Shown: positions 9,118 to 17,892, counted from the stretch's first letter. The stretch: 24,000 nt of DNA from an uncultured Erysipelotrichaceae bacterium (GCA_964401415.1 CAYNYC010000006.1:6553-30552), one strand, 5' to 3'. The notes: a model not told the origin generated them from the letters alone. Made by a program: numbers and translations.

Positions 9118-9143
9118 ATAAGAAAACACAGACATTGTCTGTG
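9118..9143 (-). terminator. Rho-independent terminator downstream of ileS
   Basis: The minus strand reads CACAGAC-AAU-GUCUGUG (9127-9143), a perfect 7-bp stem followed by UUUUCUU. It lies 13 nt after the ileS stop. Confidence 0.65.
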
Positions 9144-9155
9144 CTTTACTCCTTT

Positions 9156-11891
9156 TTAGATTAAACTTTTAATGATTTGATGACATCTTGGACATAATCC
9201 GTCTTCATCGGCTTCATCACTGATATTCCAACAACGAGGACATACTTGACCTTCTGCTTTACTGATCTTAACTTTAGAAACTTCATATTGATCATAATCA
9301 GTATTAGTGTCTAAATGGGCTGCACTGACAATAAAGAATTGGGTTAGATTATCATCAAGTAACTCACTGATCAACTGTTGATCTTTAGCACTGACTTCAA
9401 GACTTACTCTAGCTTCTAGTGATTTCCCTATCGTTTTTTGAGAGCGCATATTTTCGATCGCTTTATTAACATCATCTCTGATCATGATCAAACGTGCAAA
9501 GTTATCTTTAAGATACTCAGCTTGATCAAGTTGTTTCTCTGGTGTAAACGATAGAAGATGAACAGATTTAGCTTGTTCATGTTTATAATTACCCCATATT
9601 TCTTCGGTGGTAAATGATAAGATTGGAGCCCACAAACGAACTAGGCAATCAACTAGATCATATAAGACAGATTGTACTTGACGACGTCTTCTTGAATTAG
9701 GCAACTCAATATAAACGATATCTTTAATATAATCTAAATAAAATGAACTTAGATAATTTGTCATAAATGTAGTCAAAGACGATGATACCTCAAGGAAATT
9801 ATAATTCATATAAGCATTGATACACTTCTTATTGATATCATTTAACAATACTGTCAGATATCTATCAATTGGTTCACGATCTTTATATGGTACATAATCT
9901 GTTTCAAAATCAAAATATTCATCAGAAATATGACCTAACATAAACCGGAAAGTATTGCGAATCTTGCGATACTGTTCGCTTACTTGTTTTAGGATATCAT
10001 CACCAATGCGGACATCTTGTTTAAAATCAATGGTACTAGCCCATAAGCGTAATATATCAGCCCCATAGACTTTAATAACATCAAGTGGATCAACGGTATT
10101 ACCAATTGATTTACTCATTTTTTCGCCTTTATCATCACATACATAACCATGAGATAAGACATTTTTGTATGGAGCTTGATCATTAGTGGCGGTCGCTACG
10201 ATAAGTGATGAATTAAACCATCCTCGATACTGATCGCTTCCTTCAAAATATAGATCCGAAGGATAATCTAAGCCACGAGCCTTTAATACATTATGTGAAG
10301 AACCTGAATCAAACCAAACATCCATGATATCATTTTCTTTACGATAAACATTATTTGGGCTTAATTCATTAGTATATCCTTTAGGCAAAAGATCGATAGC
10401 TTCTTTTTCAAACCAAACATTACTACCATATTGAGCAAATAACTCAGCGATATGATCAAATACTTCTTTTTCCATGATCGGAGTATCAGCTTCTGTATAA
10501 ATGATCGGTATTGGTACTCCCCATAAACGTTGACGAGATATACACCAATCACCTCGTTCTTTGATCATGTTGTATAAGCGGATCTCTCCCCATTCATTTT
10601 CCCAATGAACAGATTTGATCTGCGATAAGATCTTATCTCTGATCTTTTCAATTGACGCAAACCACTGCACAGTTGCTCGATAGATAACAGGCTTTTTCAT
10701 ACGTTCATCATGAGGATAACTATGGACTAACCATTCAAGTTTTAACAAAGCGCCTAATTCATCAAGTTTCTTAGTAACTGTCTTATTAGCATCTTCCACA
10801 AATTGACCAACTAAGAAATCACCCGCTTCTTTTGTCATGCAGCCTTTTTCATCTACTGGACAATAAGCTGGTAGATCATACTTCTGTCCAACATAAAAGT
10901 CATCGGCGCCATGTCCTGGCGCAGTATGAACACAACCTGTACCATCTTCATCAGTAACATGTGTTCCAACAATGATCAATGAAGGACGTTCAGGATAAAA
11001 TGGATGTTTAACTGTGATGTATTCAAGCTCTTTTCCTTGATACAACTTAATGATTTCACCTGTAAGTTCAAACTTGGTTAATAATTCTGAAACTTTATCA
11101 GCCAACATGATCAACTTGCCCTTTTCGGTTTGAACGACAGCGTATTTAAAATCAGGATGTAGGGAAATAGCCAAGTTGGCTGGTATTGTCCATGGTGTTG
11201 TTGTCCAAATCACAAAACGCTCATCTGTTAGGACTCCTTTACCATCTAATACATCAAAAGCAACATAAATCGTAGGATCTTTTTTATCAATATAGACAAT
11301 CTCTGCTTCAGCTAAAGCACTTTCTCTAGCTGGAGACCAATAGATTGGTTTTAAACCTTGATAAATCAATCCTGATAAAGCCATTTTCGCAAATGAACGG
11401 ATTTGATCAGCTTCATAACTCTTTTGTAAAGTTATATAAGGATTATCAAAATCGGCCAATGTTCCAAGACGTTTCATAGTACTCATTTGGATCTTGATCT
11501 GTTTTTGGGCATATTCTTCACATTTCAATCTAAAATCAGCTGGTGCTAATTCTTTACGATTAACACCCAGTTTTTGAATAGCGTTTTCAATTGGTAAACC
11601 ATGCGTATCCCAACCTGGAATAAACGGAGTAAAACGATCATTCATCGCATGACTTTTAACGATAAAATCCTTGATGATCCGATTCATGGCTGTTCCAGCA
11701 TGTAAGTTACCATTGGCGTATGGAGGACCATCATGTAATATATAACTTTCTTGTCCAACGTGTTTTTTAAGTAAACACTCATAAAGATTCATCGCTTCCC
11801 ACTCAGCTTGGATCAATGGTTCTTTAATAGCGAGATTCCCTCGCATTTCAAAATTAGTCTTAGGCATTAATAGTGTATCTTTATAATCCAT
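9156..11891 (-). CDS. ileS: Isoleucine--tRNA ligase
   Basis: HIGH-type motif PYANGNLHAGT, KMSKS motif, and the C-terminal CPRCW...CPRCH zinc finger. I place the start at the ATG 11889-11891 (MDYKDTLLMPKT...) with the SD aaggggag. The 11-codon extension to 11924 in the ORF track runs through the T-box terminator hairpin. Confidence 0.96.
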   Translation of the reverse strand: MDYKDTLLMPKTNFEMRGNLAIKEPLIQAEWEAMNLYECLLKKHVGQESYILHDGPPYANGNLHAGTAMNRIIKDFIVKSHAMNDRFTPFIPGWDTHGLPIENAIQKLGVNRKELAPADFRLKCEEYAQKQIKIQMSTMKRLGTLADFDNPYITLQKSYEADQIRSFAKMALSGLIYQGLKPIYWSPARESALAEAEIVYIDKKDPTIYVAFDVLDGKGVLTDERFVIWTTTPWTIPANLAISLHPDFKYAVVQTEKGKLIMLADKVSELLTKFELTGEIIKLYQGKELEYITVKHPFYPERPSLIIVGTHVTDEDGTGCVHTAPGHGADDFYVGQKYDLPAYCPVDEKGCMTKEAGDFLVGQFVEDANKTVTKKLDELGALLKLEWLVHSYPHDERMKKPVIYRATVQWFASIEKIRDKILSQIKSVHWENEWGEIRLYNMIKERGDWCISRQRLWGVPIPIIYTEADTPIMEKEVFDHIAELFAQYGSNVWFEKEAIDLLPKGYTNELSPNNVYRKENDIMDVWFDSGSSHNVLKARGLDYPSDLYFEGSDQYRGWFNSSLIVATATNDQAPYKNVLSHGYVCDDKGEKMSKSIGNTVDPLDVIKVYGADILRLWASTIDFKQDVRIGDDILKQVSEQYRKIRNTFRFMLGHISDEYFDFETDYVPYKDREPIDRYLTVLLNDINKKCINAYMNYNFLEVSSSLTTFMTNYLSSFYLDYIKDIVYIELPNSRRRRQVQSVLYDLVDCLVRLWAPILSFTTEEIWGNYKHEQAKSVHLLSFTPEKQLDQAEYLKDNFARLIMIRDDVNKAIENMRSQKTIGKSLEARVSLEVSAKDQQLISELLDDNLTQFFIVSAAHLDTNTDYDQYEVSKVKISKAEGQVCPRCWNISDEADEDGLCPRCHQIIKSLI

Positions 11892-12110
11892 CTTTATTCT
11901 CCCCTTCATAAAAAAAACGTCCATCTAAGGACGCAATGGCGCGGTACCACCTTAGTTTATGTTTGCACATACAACTTGATACCTTAACGCGGTTATACGA
12001 CTGAAACTACTTAATTCATCTCAGTGACAAACAAGTGATAATCAATAAACTTAGGATACCCATTTCCATCATCTAGGGTTCTCTATGATCTTACATTTAT
12101 GATCTTATCT
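11892..12110 (-). promoter_or_regulatory. T-box riboswitch leader (Ile, inferred) controlling ileS
   Basis: Minus-strand RNA carries AGAGA and the T-box sequence AAACUAAGGUGGUACCGCG. An antiterminator can form by CUAAGG/CCUUAG pairing around a UGGUACC bulge. The competing terminator is CGUCC-UUAGAU-GGACG plus U8 (11910-11933). A candidate AUC-A specifier lies at 12037-12039, but I did not resolve it by folding. Confidence 0.8.
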
Positions 12111-12128
12111 TATTTATAGCCTTATTCT

Positions 12129-12611
12129 TTAATTCTTTAAAATACGCGAATCGATCGGTTCAAATATTTCAAACTCATCTAATGTCTTTTGTAATGCGAT
12201 CAATTTTTCTTGCATGTCAGATTTAACTTCATGAGCATCATTAGCTATCCTTGCAATATCAATTAATAATAATCGCGCAGTAGATAGTGCTTCTTGAACG
12301 ATCGAATCAGCATTGTTTTGGGCTGTACTTATGATCGCATTAGCTTCGCGTAATGCAATTCTTGACATGTCATCAGCAGCCTTTTCTCTCATTGACAATT
12401 CTTTGATCAAAACTTGATAACGATCTTTTATGATCGTTAATTGTTCATTGGCTTGATCAGCCAGTTTACGATATCTAGCAACCTGAATTTCGGCTTCGGT
12501 AAGTCTATCAGTCAAGTCTTTAAGTTGTTCATCGACTTCATAACGGTTATAACCGTTTTTCATGGTCGAGAATTTTTTCTTATTATCCATGTGACTTACC
12601 CCTTTACTCAT
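12129..12611 (-). CDS. divIVA: DivIVA-domain cell-division/polarity protein
   Basis: The N-terminal F-x6-GY-x3-EVD-x2-L signature (KFSTMKNGYNRYEVDEQL) is followed by a long coiled coil. Its position between ylmH and ileS matches Bacillus. The ATG at 12609-12611 overlaps the ylmH stop (ATGAGTAA). An alternative ATG at 12588-12590 has the SD aaagggg. Confidence 0.85.
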   Translation of the reverse strand: MSKGVSHMDNKKKFSTMKNGYNRYEVDEQLKDLTDRLTEAEIQVARYRKLADQANEQLTIIKDRYQVLIKELSMREKAADDMSRIALREANAIISTAQNNADSIVQEALSTARLLLIDIARIANDAHEVKSDMQEKLIALQKTLDEFEIFEPIDSRILKN

Positions 12612-13347
12612 ACTGCCCTAACCTAAGCAAAAGGCGCTCTTTTTTGGTGTTTTTTAATACTTCCGTAATGATATAGCGCCCATATCCTCTTATAGAAATC
12701 GTATCATCATTATTACACAAAAAATCCTTTTCTTCAAGCGTCTCATAATTAACACTAACAAGTCCAGAAACAATCAGATCTTGTGCTTTGCTGCGTGATA
12801 TATTAACCAATGCAGCAACGATACAGTCCAATCTTAATCCTGAAACTACCTTAGTAAACTCACGAATATTGATATTTGGAAGGATTGGTTGAAAACTAAT
12901 CGAAAAACTTACATTGAGCTTATTGATTTTTATTAAGTGATCAATGATGTAACGATGATTTTCTTCCATTGCATAGATAACGATCATCCCGTTATCGACC
13001 CATATATCACCGAACTGATCACGTTTAATGCCAAGATTCATTAAGGCTCCTAAGACATCACGATGAGTTAATTTCACATACTTATCTTTAATATGACAAT
13101 ATAAACAAACGATCTTATTATTAGAAGGATCATTAAAGATCACCCTTCTTAAGGTAGCGTTAGGATAACCACCGCTAATATCATAAAGGCAACGATTCTT
13201 AAGATACATACTTACCTTTTGATATTCATTCGGTCTTAAAAAATTTGAGTATCGAGGCAATTGATATCTTTCGCTTTGTTCACACAGTTCATCAATACGT
13301 TTTAATAGCGAATCATACTCTCCAAAGTTATTCAGAGATGTCCTCAA
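12604..13347 (-). CDS. ylmH: YlmH family RNA-binding protein (S4-like domain)
   Basis: 247 aa. The N-terminus aligns by eye with B. subtilis YlmH (F...FLxPxE), and there is a C-terminal S4-like segment (RLDCIVAALVNISRSKAQDLIVSGLVSVN). TTG start at 13345-13347 overlaps the sepF end by 20 nt. Conserved sepF-ylmH-divIVA order. Confidence 0.82.
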   Translation of the reverse strand: MRTSLNNFGEYDSLLKRIDELCEQSERYQLPRYSNFLRPNEYQKVSMYLKNRCLYDISGGYPNATLRRVIFNDPSNNKIVCLYCHIKDKYVKLTHRDVLGALMNLGIKRDQFGDIWVDNGMIVIYAMEENHRYIIDHLIKINKLNVSFSISFQPILPNINIREFTKVVSGLRLDCIVAALVNISRSKAQDLIVSGLVSVNYETLEEKDFLCNNDDTISIRGYGRYIITEVLKNTKKERLLLRLGQYE

Positions 13348-13729
13348 TGTTGATCATCCCATCTACTGGAATTGATTTAGGTGCACATAAGATCACATTA
13401 GTACCAATTTTTTGAATACTGCCATCTAAAGCAAATACCACACCAGTTAAAAAATCGATCGTTCTTTGTGAATACTCACGAGGTAAACGATGTAGATTGA
13501 TTACAGCTGCGCTACCCTTTTTTAAATATACAGCTATGTCTTCTGCCTCTTCAAAAGATCGAGGTTCAAACAAGACCATTTTTATATCACTACCTAATTT
13601 TGATAGTCCTTTATGTTTCGGTGATTCATAATCACTAATTCCTTTGGATTCTTCCTCACTTAGTTCGACATATTCATCAACTTCAACTTCGGGAGCGATC
13701 AAATCTTTAACTTTGTTCATTAATTTCAT
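13328..13729 (-). CDS. sepF: Cell division protein SepF
   Basis: 133 aa. The conserved C-terminal domain reads VLFEPRSFEEAEDIAVYLKKGSAAVINLHRL...QRTIDFLTGVVFALDGSIQKIG. SD aggagg lies 7 nt upstream. Confidence 0.92.
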   Translation of the reverse strand: MKLMNKVKDLIAPEVEVDEYVELSEEESKGISDYESPKHKGLSKLGSDIKMVLFEPRSFEEAEDIAVYLKKGSAAVINLHRLPREYSQRTIDFLTGVVFALDGSIQKIGTNVILCAPKSIPVDGMINIEDISE

Positions 13730-13751
13730 AACTAAGCCTCCTATTACAAAA

Positions 13752-13781
13752 ATTATATCACGGACATGATAGAAGCGGTAA
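13752..13781 (-). promoter_or_regulatory. Candidate extended -10 promoter for sepF-ylmH-divIVA
   Basis: The minus strand reads TGaTATAAT (TATAAT = 13752-13757, TG = 13759-13760), with a weak -35 TTACCG 18 nt upstream. It lies between the hpf terminator and the sepF SD. Confidence 0.4.
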
Positions 13782-13827
13782 ACAATATTACCGATCTAAA
13801 CGTGCTTATAAAGCAATTTAGGTGTAA

Positions 13828-13861
13828 ATTAAAAATCTTGGTAGCTTATTGAGCTACCAAG
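13828..13861 (-). terminator. Rho-independent terminator downstream of hpf
   Basis: Perfect 10-bp stem cttggtagct (13837-13846) / agctaccaag (13852-13861) with a 5-nt loop. On the minus strand it is followed by AUUUUUAAUUU. Confidence 0.8.
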
Positions 13862-13876
13862 ATCATCTAAATGTCT

Positions 13877-14410
13877 TTATTCGGCTTCGATCAAGCCATA
13901 TCCACCATCATTACGTTTATAGACAACAGCGGCATCATTGGTTTCAGCATCCTTATAAAGGAAAAACGTATGTCCTAACATTTCCATTCGCAAAATAGCT
14001 TCATCAAGATCCATTCTCTCTAACTTCACCATTTTAGTTCTAACAACTTCATCGTCTTCTTCATGAAGTGGTACTTCATCTTCTTCTTCTAAGAAAGCTA
14101 ATGCTAATTTTTCACGATGTTTACGTGATAGTCGCGTTTTTTGTCTTCTAATCTGATCTTCAAGTTTATCAACAGCTAGATCAATAGCCGCATATAGATC
14201 ATCATGAGCTACTTCAGCTCTTAATATGCCAATTTTGGTGGGAATAGTCACCTCAATCTTCTGATATAAGGGGTAAATCTTAACAATAACATTCGCAACC
14301 GTTTCATCATCGATAATGAAGTATTTTTCTAAAAATGAAAGTTTCTTCTCGATACGGGCTTGCATTGCGTCCGTAATACTAACATTCTGTCCATAGATAT
14401 AAAATTTCAT
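13877..14410 (-). CDS. hpf: Ribosome hibernation promoting factor, long form
   Basis: 177 aa. An N-terminal S30AE/RaiA domain (MKFYIYGQNVSITDAMQARIEKKL), an acidic linker, then the C-terminal dimerisation domain (MDLDEAILRMEMLGHTFFLY...VVYKRNDGGYGLIE). SD aggaggt upstream. Confidence 0.93.
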   Translation of the reverse strand: MKFYIYGQNVSITDAMQARIEKKLSFLEKYFIIDDETVANVIVKIYPLYQKIEVTIPTKIGILRAEVAHDDLYAAIDLAVDKLEDQIRRQKTRLSRKHREKLALAFLEEEDEVPLHEEDDEVVRTKMVKLERMDLDEAILRMEMLGHTFFLYKDAETNDAAVVYKRNDGGYGLIEAE

Positions 14411-14476
14411 TGTTATACCTCCTATCTATATTATAATCATAAATTTACAATTTTATGAGAAAAATAACTGAAAACT

Positions 14477-15415
14477 TTATAAATATCTTTTCAAGAATAA
14501 TTCTACGTTCTTATAAGCGATCGCTTCAATCTCTTTTTGACAAAATCCAACTTCACCTAGTGCTTTGATCATTCTTTGACTTTGTCCTGCATTAGACATA
14601 TCGATAGCCATTGAACCGATATATTTTTCTGATAAAAAATCCATAAAATCAAAACCCAGAGCCAAATGCTCATAGCCAATCAAATCTGCAATATACTTAC
14701 CATGTAAAGCTAAGTTCATGACCGTTTGATTAGCTGGATCTTTATGGATGAAGCTTTTAGCGGCGTTTAATCCAATTAGTCCTCCTTTTAGACCAATCGC
14801 TTTGATCTGTTGATCAGTAAGATTACGTTGGTGATCACATAAACTTCTTGCATTAGAGTGGGTTGCGATGATTGGAGTTTGACTATACGAGACAATATCC
14901 CAAAAAGTTTTTTCATTAGTATGCGAAACGTCAATGATCATCTTACGTGTATTCATTTGCTTGATAGCTTCTATCCCTAATTCAGTTAAGCCCCTTAAAG
15001 GATTATTAGGCCACCCTTCCGCAAGACAATTACTCTCATTCCAACATAAAGATCCAATTCTGATCCCATGATCATATAACCAATCGATCTTTTCACTGGC
15101 ATTGTCAATAATGCCACACATGCCTTCTACGCTAATGACCGCTAAAATCTTATCATCGATAATTAAATCATCAGCTGTTTTTACCCAACGGAAGTGTTCG
15201 GCAGTTGCACTAAGTTCAGCACCTGTTTTTAAGACCATTTCTTGCATAGTCTCCCAGTCTTCTTTTCCAGAAAAAAAACAGGCCATGGTAACACCATATA
15301 CATCACCTTTGATTAACTTTGGTAAATGATTGTTTCTTAAGATATCTTGTTTATTTTGTTGATGTTTTTCATAAATATCAGCACCAATATCGGCATGTAG
15401 ATCGAATATACGCAT
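14477..15415 (-). CDS. Membrane-dipeptidase family (peptidase M19, amidohydrolase fold) protein
   Basis: MRIFDLHADIG carries the HxD metal site, with downstream VSHTNEKTF and ATHSNAR motifs typical of M19. I place the start at the ATG 15413-15415 with the SD aaaggaga, 10 nt after the upstream stop. The 9-codon extension in the ORF track would overlap the upstream gene. Confidence 0.8.
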   Translation of the reverse strand: MRIFDLHADIGADIYEKHQQNKQDILRNNHLPKLIKGDVYGVTMACFFSGKEDWETMQEMVLKTGAELSATAEHFRWVKTADDLIIDDKILAVISVEGMCGIIDNASEKIDWLYDHGIRIGSLCWNESNCLAEGWPNNPLRGLTELGIEAIKQMNTRKMIIDVSHTNEKTFWDIVSYSQTPIIATHSNARSLCDHQRNLTDQQIKAIGLKGGLIGLNAAKSFIHKDPANQTVMNLALHGKYIADLIGYEHLALGFDFMDFLSEKYIGSMAIDMSNAGQSQRMIKALGEVGFCQKEIEAIAYKNVELFLKRYL

Positions 15416-15425
15416 GTTGTCTCCT

Positions 15426-16397
15426 TTAATAGATTGGATCAAAATATTTCATTGATCGTAGATCACTATGACCTGTATCATAACTTCTGTTGTTTATGAA
15501 GTTTAGTAATTTCTTATCTGAATCATCTTGAATTGCTTTATCTAATAAAGCTGAAACCTTAATCCCTAATTCTAATGATAGATCAAAAAGCTCTAAAAAG
15601 CTCTCATGATGAACATCGCTACAATCACAAGGATTACTCCATTTCTGATGGTTGATATTTAATATATCTCGTGTCTGATCCTTTTTCAAGGTAATAAAGT
15701 GTGAGGTAAATTTCCATTTATCTTTTAAGATCCATTCTAGAAAGCGAACCATGCCATACCATACTCCAACAGGATCATAACTCAATAACAAAACATAATG
15801 AAAATCTCTAAAGGCTTTTACAATCGCTTTTTCATCGATTGGATAAGCCCATATTTCCCTAATGATTGGAATATAAATATTTTTGATGGCGATGATATCT
15901 TCATTTTTATGATTAAGTAACGCCGCTGATGGTAAACTGATCAATTTTTCATCTTTGAGGTGTTCTAACATATAATTATCGATCATTGCTTCATAACGAA
16001 AATGATAATATTTGGTTTCTATATTATTACCATCTGTTCGATAAAAGATAAAAGGATGGGCTATACAATCTAGTGCCCAATGACATAAATGGCCTGCTAA
16101 ATAAGCAATCATGCGTCCTTTTAAGTCTTCATCTTCTTGGTTGATAACTCTTTTAAAGGCTATATGATAAAAGTCATTAATGTGTTCACTATGAATATCA
16201 TTAGCTAGATCTGTATAAATCTTACGTTGTTTTTGATCTGATCCAGGTAATGAACTATGATAATAGAGAAAATCAGGCCCATTAGCGCCCAACATAAAGG
16301 GTTCATGATACTTAATGATCATTTGCTTTATCATGTTATCTGGCATATCTTTAAAAACCTTTTCGGCCATTAGACTGTGGGTCAATATACTTGGCAT
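15426..16397 (-). CDS. Zinc-dependent phospholipase C fold family protein, cytoplasmic (no signal peptide)
   Basis: 323 aa. The pattern N-terminal THS..., GANGPDFLYY, DIHSEH and AGHLCHWALDCIAHP matches the His/Asp metal-ligand layout of the Zn_dep_PLPC family. No hydrophobic leader. The start ATG lies 1 nt after the stop of the upstream DUF2779 gene, and the SD ggaggg sits inside that gene. Confidence 0.6.
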   Translation of the reverse strand: MPSILTHSLMAEKVFKDMPDNMIKQMIIKYHEPFMLGANGPDFLYYHSSLPGSDQKQRKIYTDLANDIHSEHINDFYHIAFKRVINQEDEDLKGRMIAYLAGHLCHWALDCIAHPFIFYRTDGNNIETKYYHFRYEAMIDNYMLEHLKDEKLISLPSAALLNHKNEDIIAIKNIYIPIIREIWAYPIDEKAIVKAFRDFHYVLLLSYDPVGVWYGMVRFLEWILKDKWKFTSHFITLKKDQTRDILNINHQKWSNPCDCSDVHHESFLELFDLSLELGIKVSALLDKAIQDDSDKKLLNFINNRSYDTGHSDLRSMKYFDPIY

Positions 16398-16398
16398 T

Positions 16399-17874
16399 TT
16401 ATCCCTCCATCTTTAATATCTTAATAAACCATTGATAGATCAGATATAGACTATATGTATCCATAGCACAATAAGCTAATAGATCATCAATAACCTTTTT
16501 CCTTTGATCTTCAGTATCTTCTTCTTTTAATTTACGCCAACTATCAACAGCAGTAAGGGCTTGTGAAATATCAAGATTATGATAAGAAAATTTATCATCG
16601 ATCGCTTCAACAATTTTTTTCAATGAGTAATAACCATGCATCTTGAGATGATAAATCATACCTAGATTAAAGGGAATACTAAAATCAACCAACCGGTCAA
16701 TTATGCCTTGGATCTTTGAAGAATATTCAGGATAGATAATTTGGAGTTCTTTTAAGCGTAATTCTTCGCCCCCACTAGCATTAAAGACAGCGATAGATCC
16801 TTCAGTTGGAAGATCATTTAATAACGACTCAATAAACTCACGTCGACAATCTTCAACACCAATATACTCTTTATGGATCAATTCTTGATCATATACATGT
16901 AATGAGTACTGAAATAACAAGACATCAAAAGGTTTCATTCCAATATAAGGAGGGATTGCATATCGATCCCATTCAAAATCTAAGAATGCGATTGGTTTTT
17001 TTATATAATCTTGTAGCCATAGACGTAGATTCAAACGATCCACAAACAAGCCTCCATTTTTATCCGCCATTATTTGTGCGAATTGTTGTCTTGTTCCTTC
17101 AATTTTCTCAAGATCAGCATCGGCTAAATTAGTAATGCCTGCTTCAAACATCTTATATTTATACTCACTACCAACAAGGGTCAAGATCGAATTATCGGCA
17201 ATATTTTTTTCAGAAGCGAAACAATCATCATAGAACCGACATTTTACCCTTCTGATACATTTTTTCTCACGTTTAGGATCTTTAAGCTTTGTTGGATCAA
17301 AAGATCTCATAGAAGCTATTATAGGTGAAAGATCTCTAATTTTTGCTTTAACACCTTCACTTATATTCCTGGTTGGATGATTTTTCTGATTATACAGATA
17401 TTCACTTACAAGCATCAGTTCGTGATAATCAATTGTGTGTTCACGAACATAATCTGGATTAAAATGAACAACATATATTTCATTTATCTTAATATTGAGT
17501 TTTTCTAACACCCAAATATTATCTGCCATATACTGCAGATTATCATCTTTGGGATATAATTCATTTCTAATGAAATAAATATCCCATTTATCTTCAATTT
17601 TATGCATGAAAGGTATTTTTACCCGCAAATCATCATATTCAAATCTTGGTTTGATCAACCATTGATGATCATTCATAGCCTCAATTGCTTTGATACAGAG
17701 ATCATTGCGTTGTCCAAAAAAAGCATCTTTAATGTTTAATTTACGAGCGACGATAATACTCAATGTTTCATCCATATTGATAAAATGACGCATTGGGGCT
17801 ATTTTATTAGTTTGATTCTTTATGAATAAGTGCTTGCACAAAGAGAAATTATAAATATCATTGATATGAAACAT
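16399..17874 (-). CDS. DUF2779 domain protein (predicted Cas4/RecB-like nuclease N-half plus RNase H-fold DEDDy-like exonuclease C-half)
   Basis: 491 aa. C13 plus the cluster C206-x5-C212-x5-C218. Candidate D-x11-ExK (YDD...IEDK) and QY (NLQYMADN) motifs. AFLDFEW...IPPY...FQYSLH matches the DUF2779 core as I recall it. The C-terminal Y468-CAM-D472 resembles an Exo III Yx3D motif. Confidence 0.65.
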   Translation of the reverse strand: MFHINDIYNFSLCKHLFIKNQTNKIAPMRHFINMDETLSIIVARKLNIKDAFFGQRNDLCIKAIEAMNDHQWLIKPRFEYDDLRVKIPFMHKIEDKWDIYFIRNELYPKDDNLQYMADNIWVLEKLNIKINEIYVVHFNPDYVREHTIDYHELMLVSEYLYNQKNHPTRNISEGVKAKIRDLSPIIASMRSFDPTKLKDPKREKKCIRRVKCRFYDDCFASEKNIADNSILTLVGSEYKYKMFEAGITNLADADLEKIEGTRQQFAQIMADKNGGLFVDRLNLRLWLQDYIKKPIAFLDFEWDRYAIPPYIGMKPFDVLLFQYSLHVYDQELIHKEYIGVEDCRREFIESLLNDLPTEGSIAVFNASGGEELRLKELQIIYPEYSSKIQGIIDRLVDFSIPFNLGMIYHLKMHGYYSLKKIVEAIDDKFSYHNLDISQALTAVDSWRKLKEEDTEDQRKKVIDDLLAYCAMDTYSLYLIYQWFIKILKMEG

Positions 17875-17892
17875 AGTTTGACCTCACAGAAT

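Noticed and set aside
10361-10552. 63-aa minus-strand ORF inside ileS
   Set aside because: It is out of frame within the conserved ileS coding sequence and has no SD, so it is a chance ORF.
11892-11924. 11-codon upstream extension of ileS (MDVFFMKGRIK)
   Set aside because: It spans the T-box terminator hairpin and U-run. The canonical IleRS N-terminus (MDYKDTLLMPKT) starts at 11891 with a good SD.
12441-12626. 61-aa plus-strand ORF
   Set aside because: It is antisense to divIVA, so it is a shadow ORF.
15102-15329. 75-aa plus-strand ORF
   Set aside because: It is antisense to the M19 dipeptidase gene, so it is a shadow ORF.
16902-17132. 76-aa plus-strand ORF
   Set aside because: It is antisense to the DUF2779 gene, with no SD and no motif.
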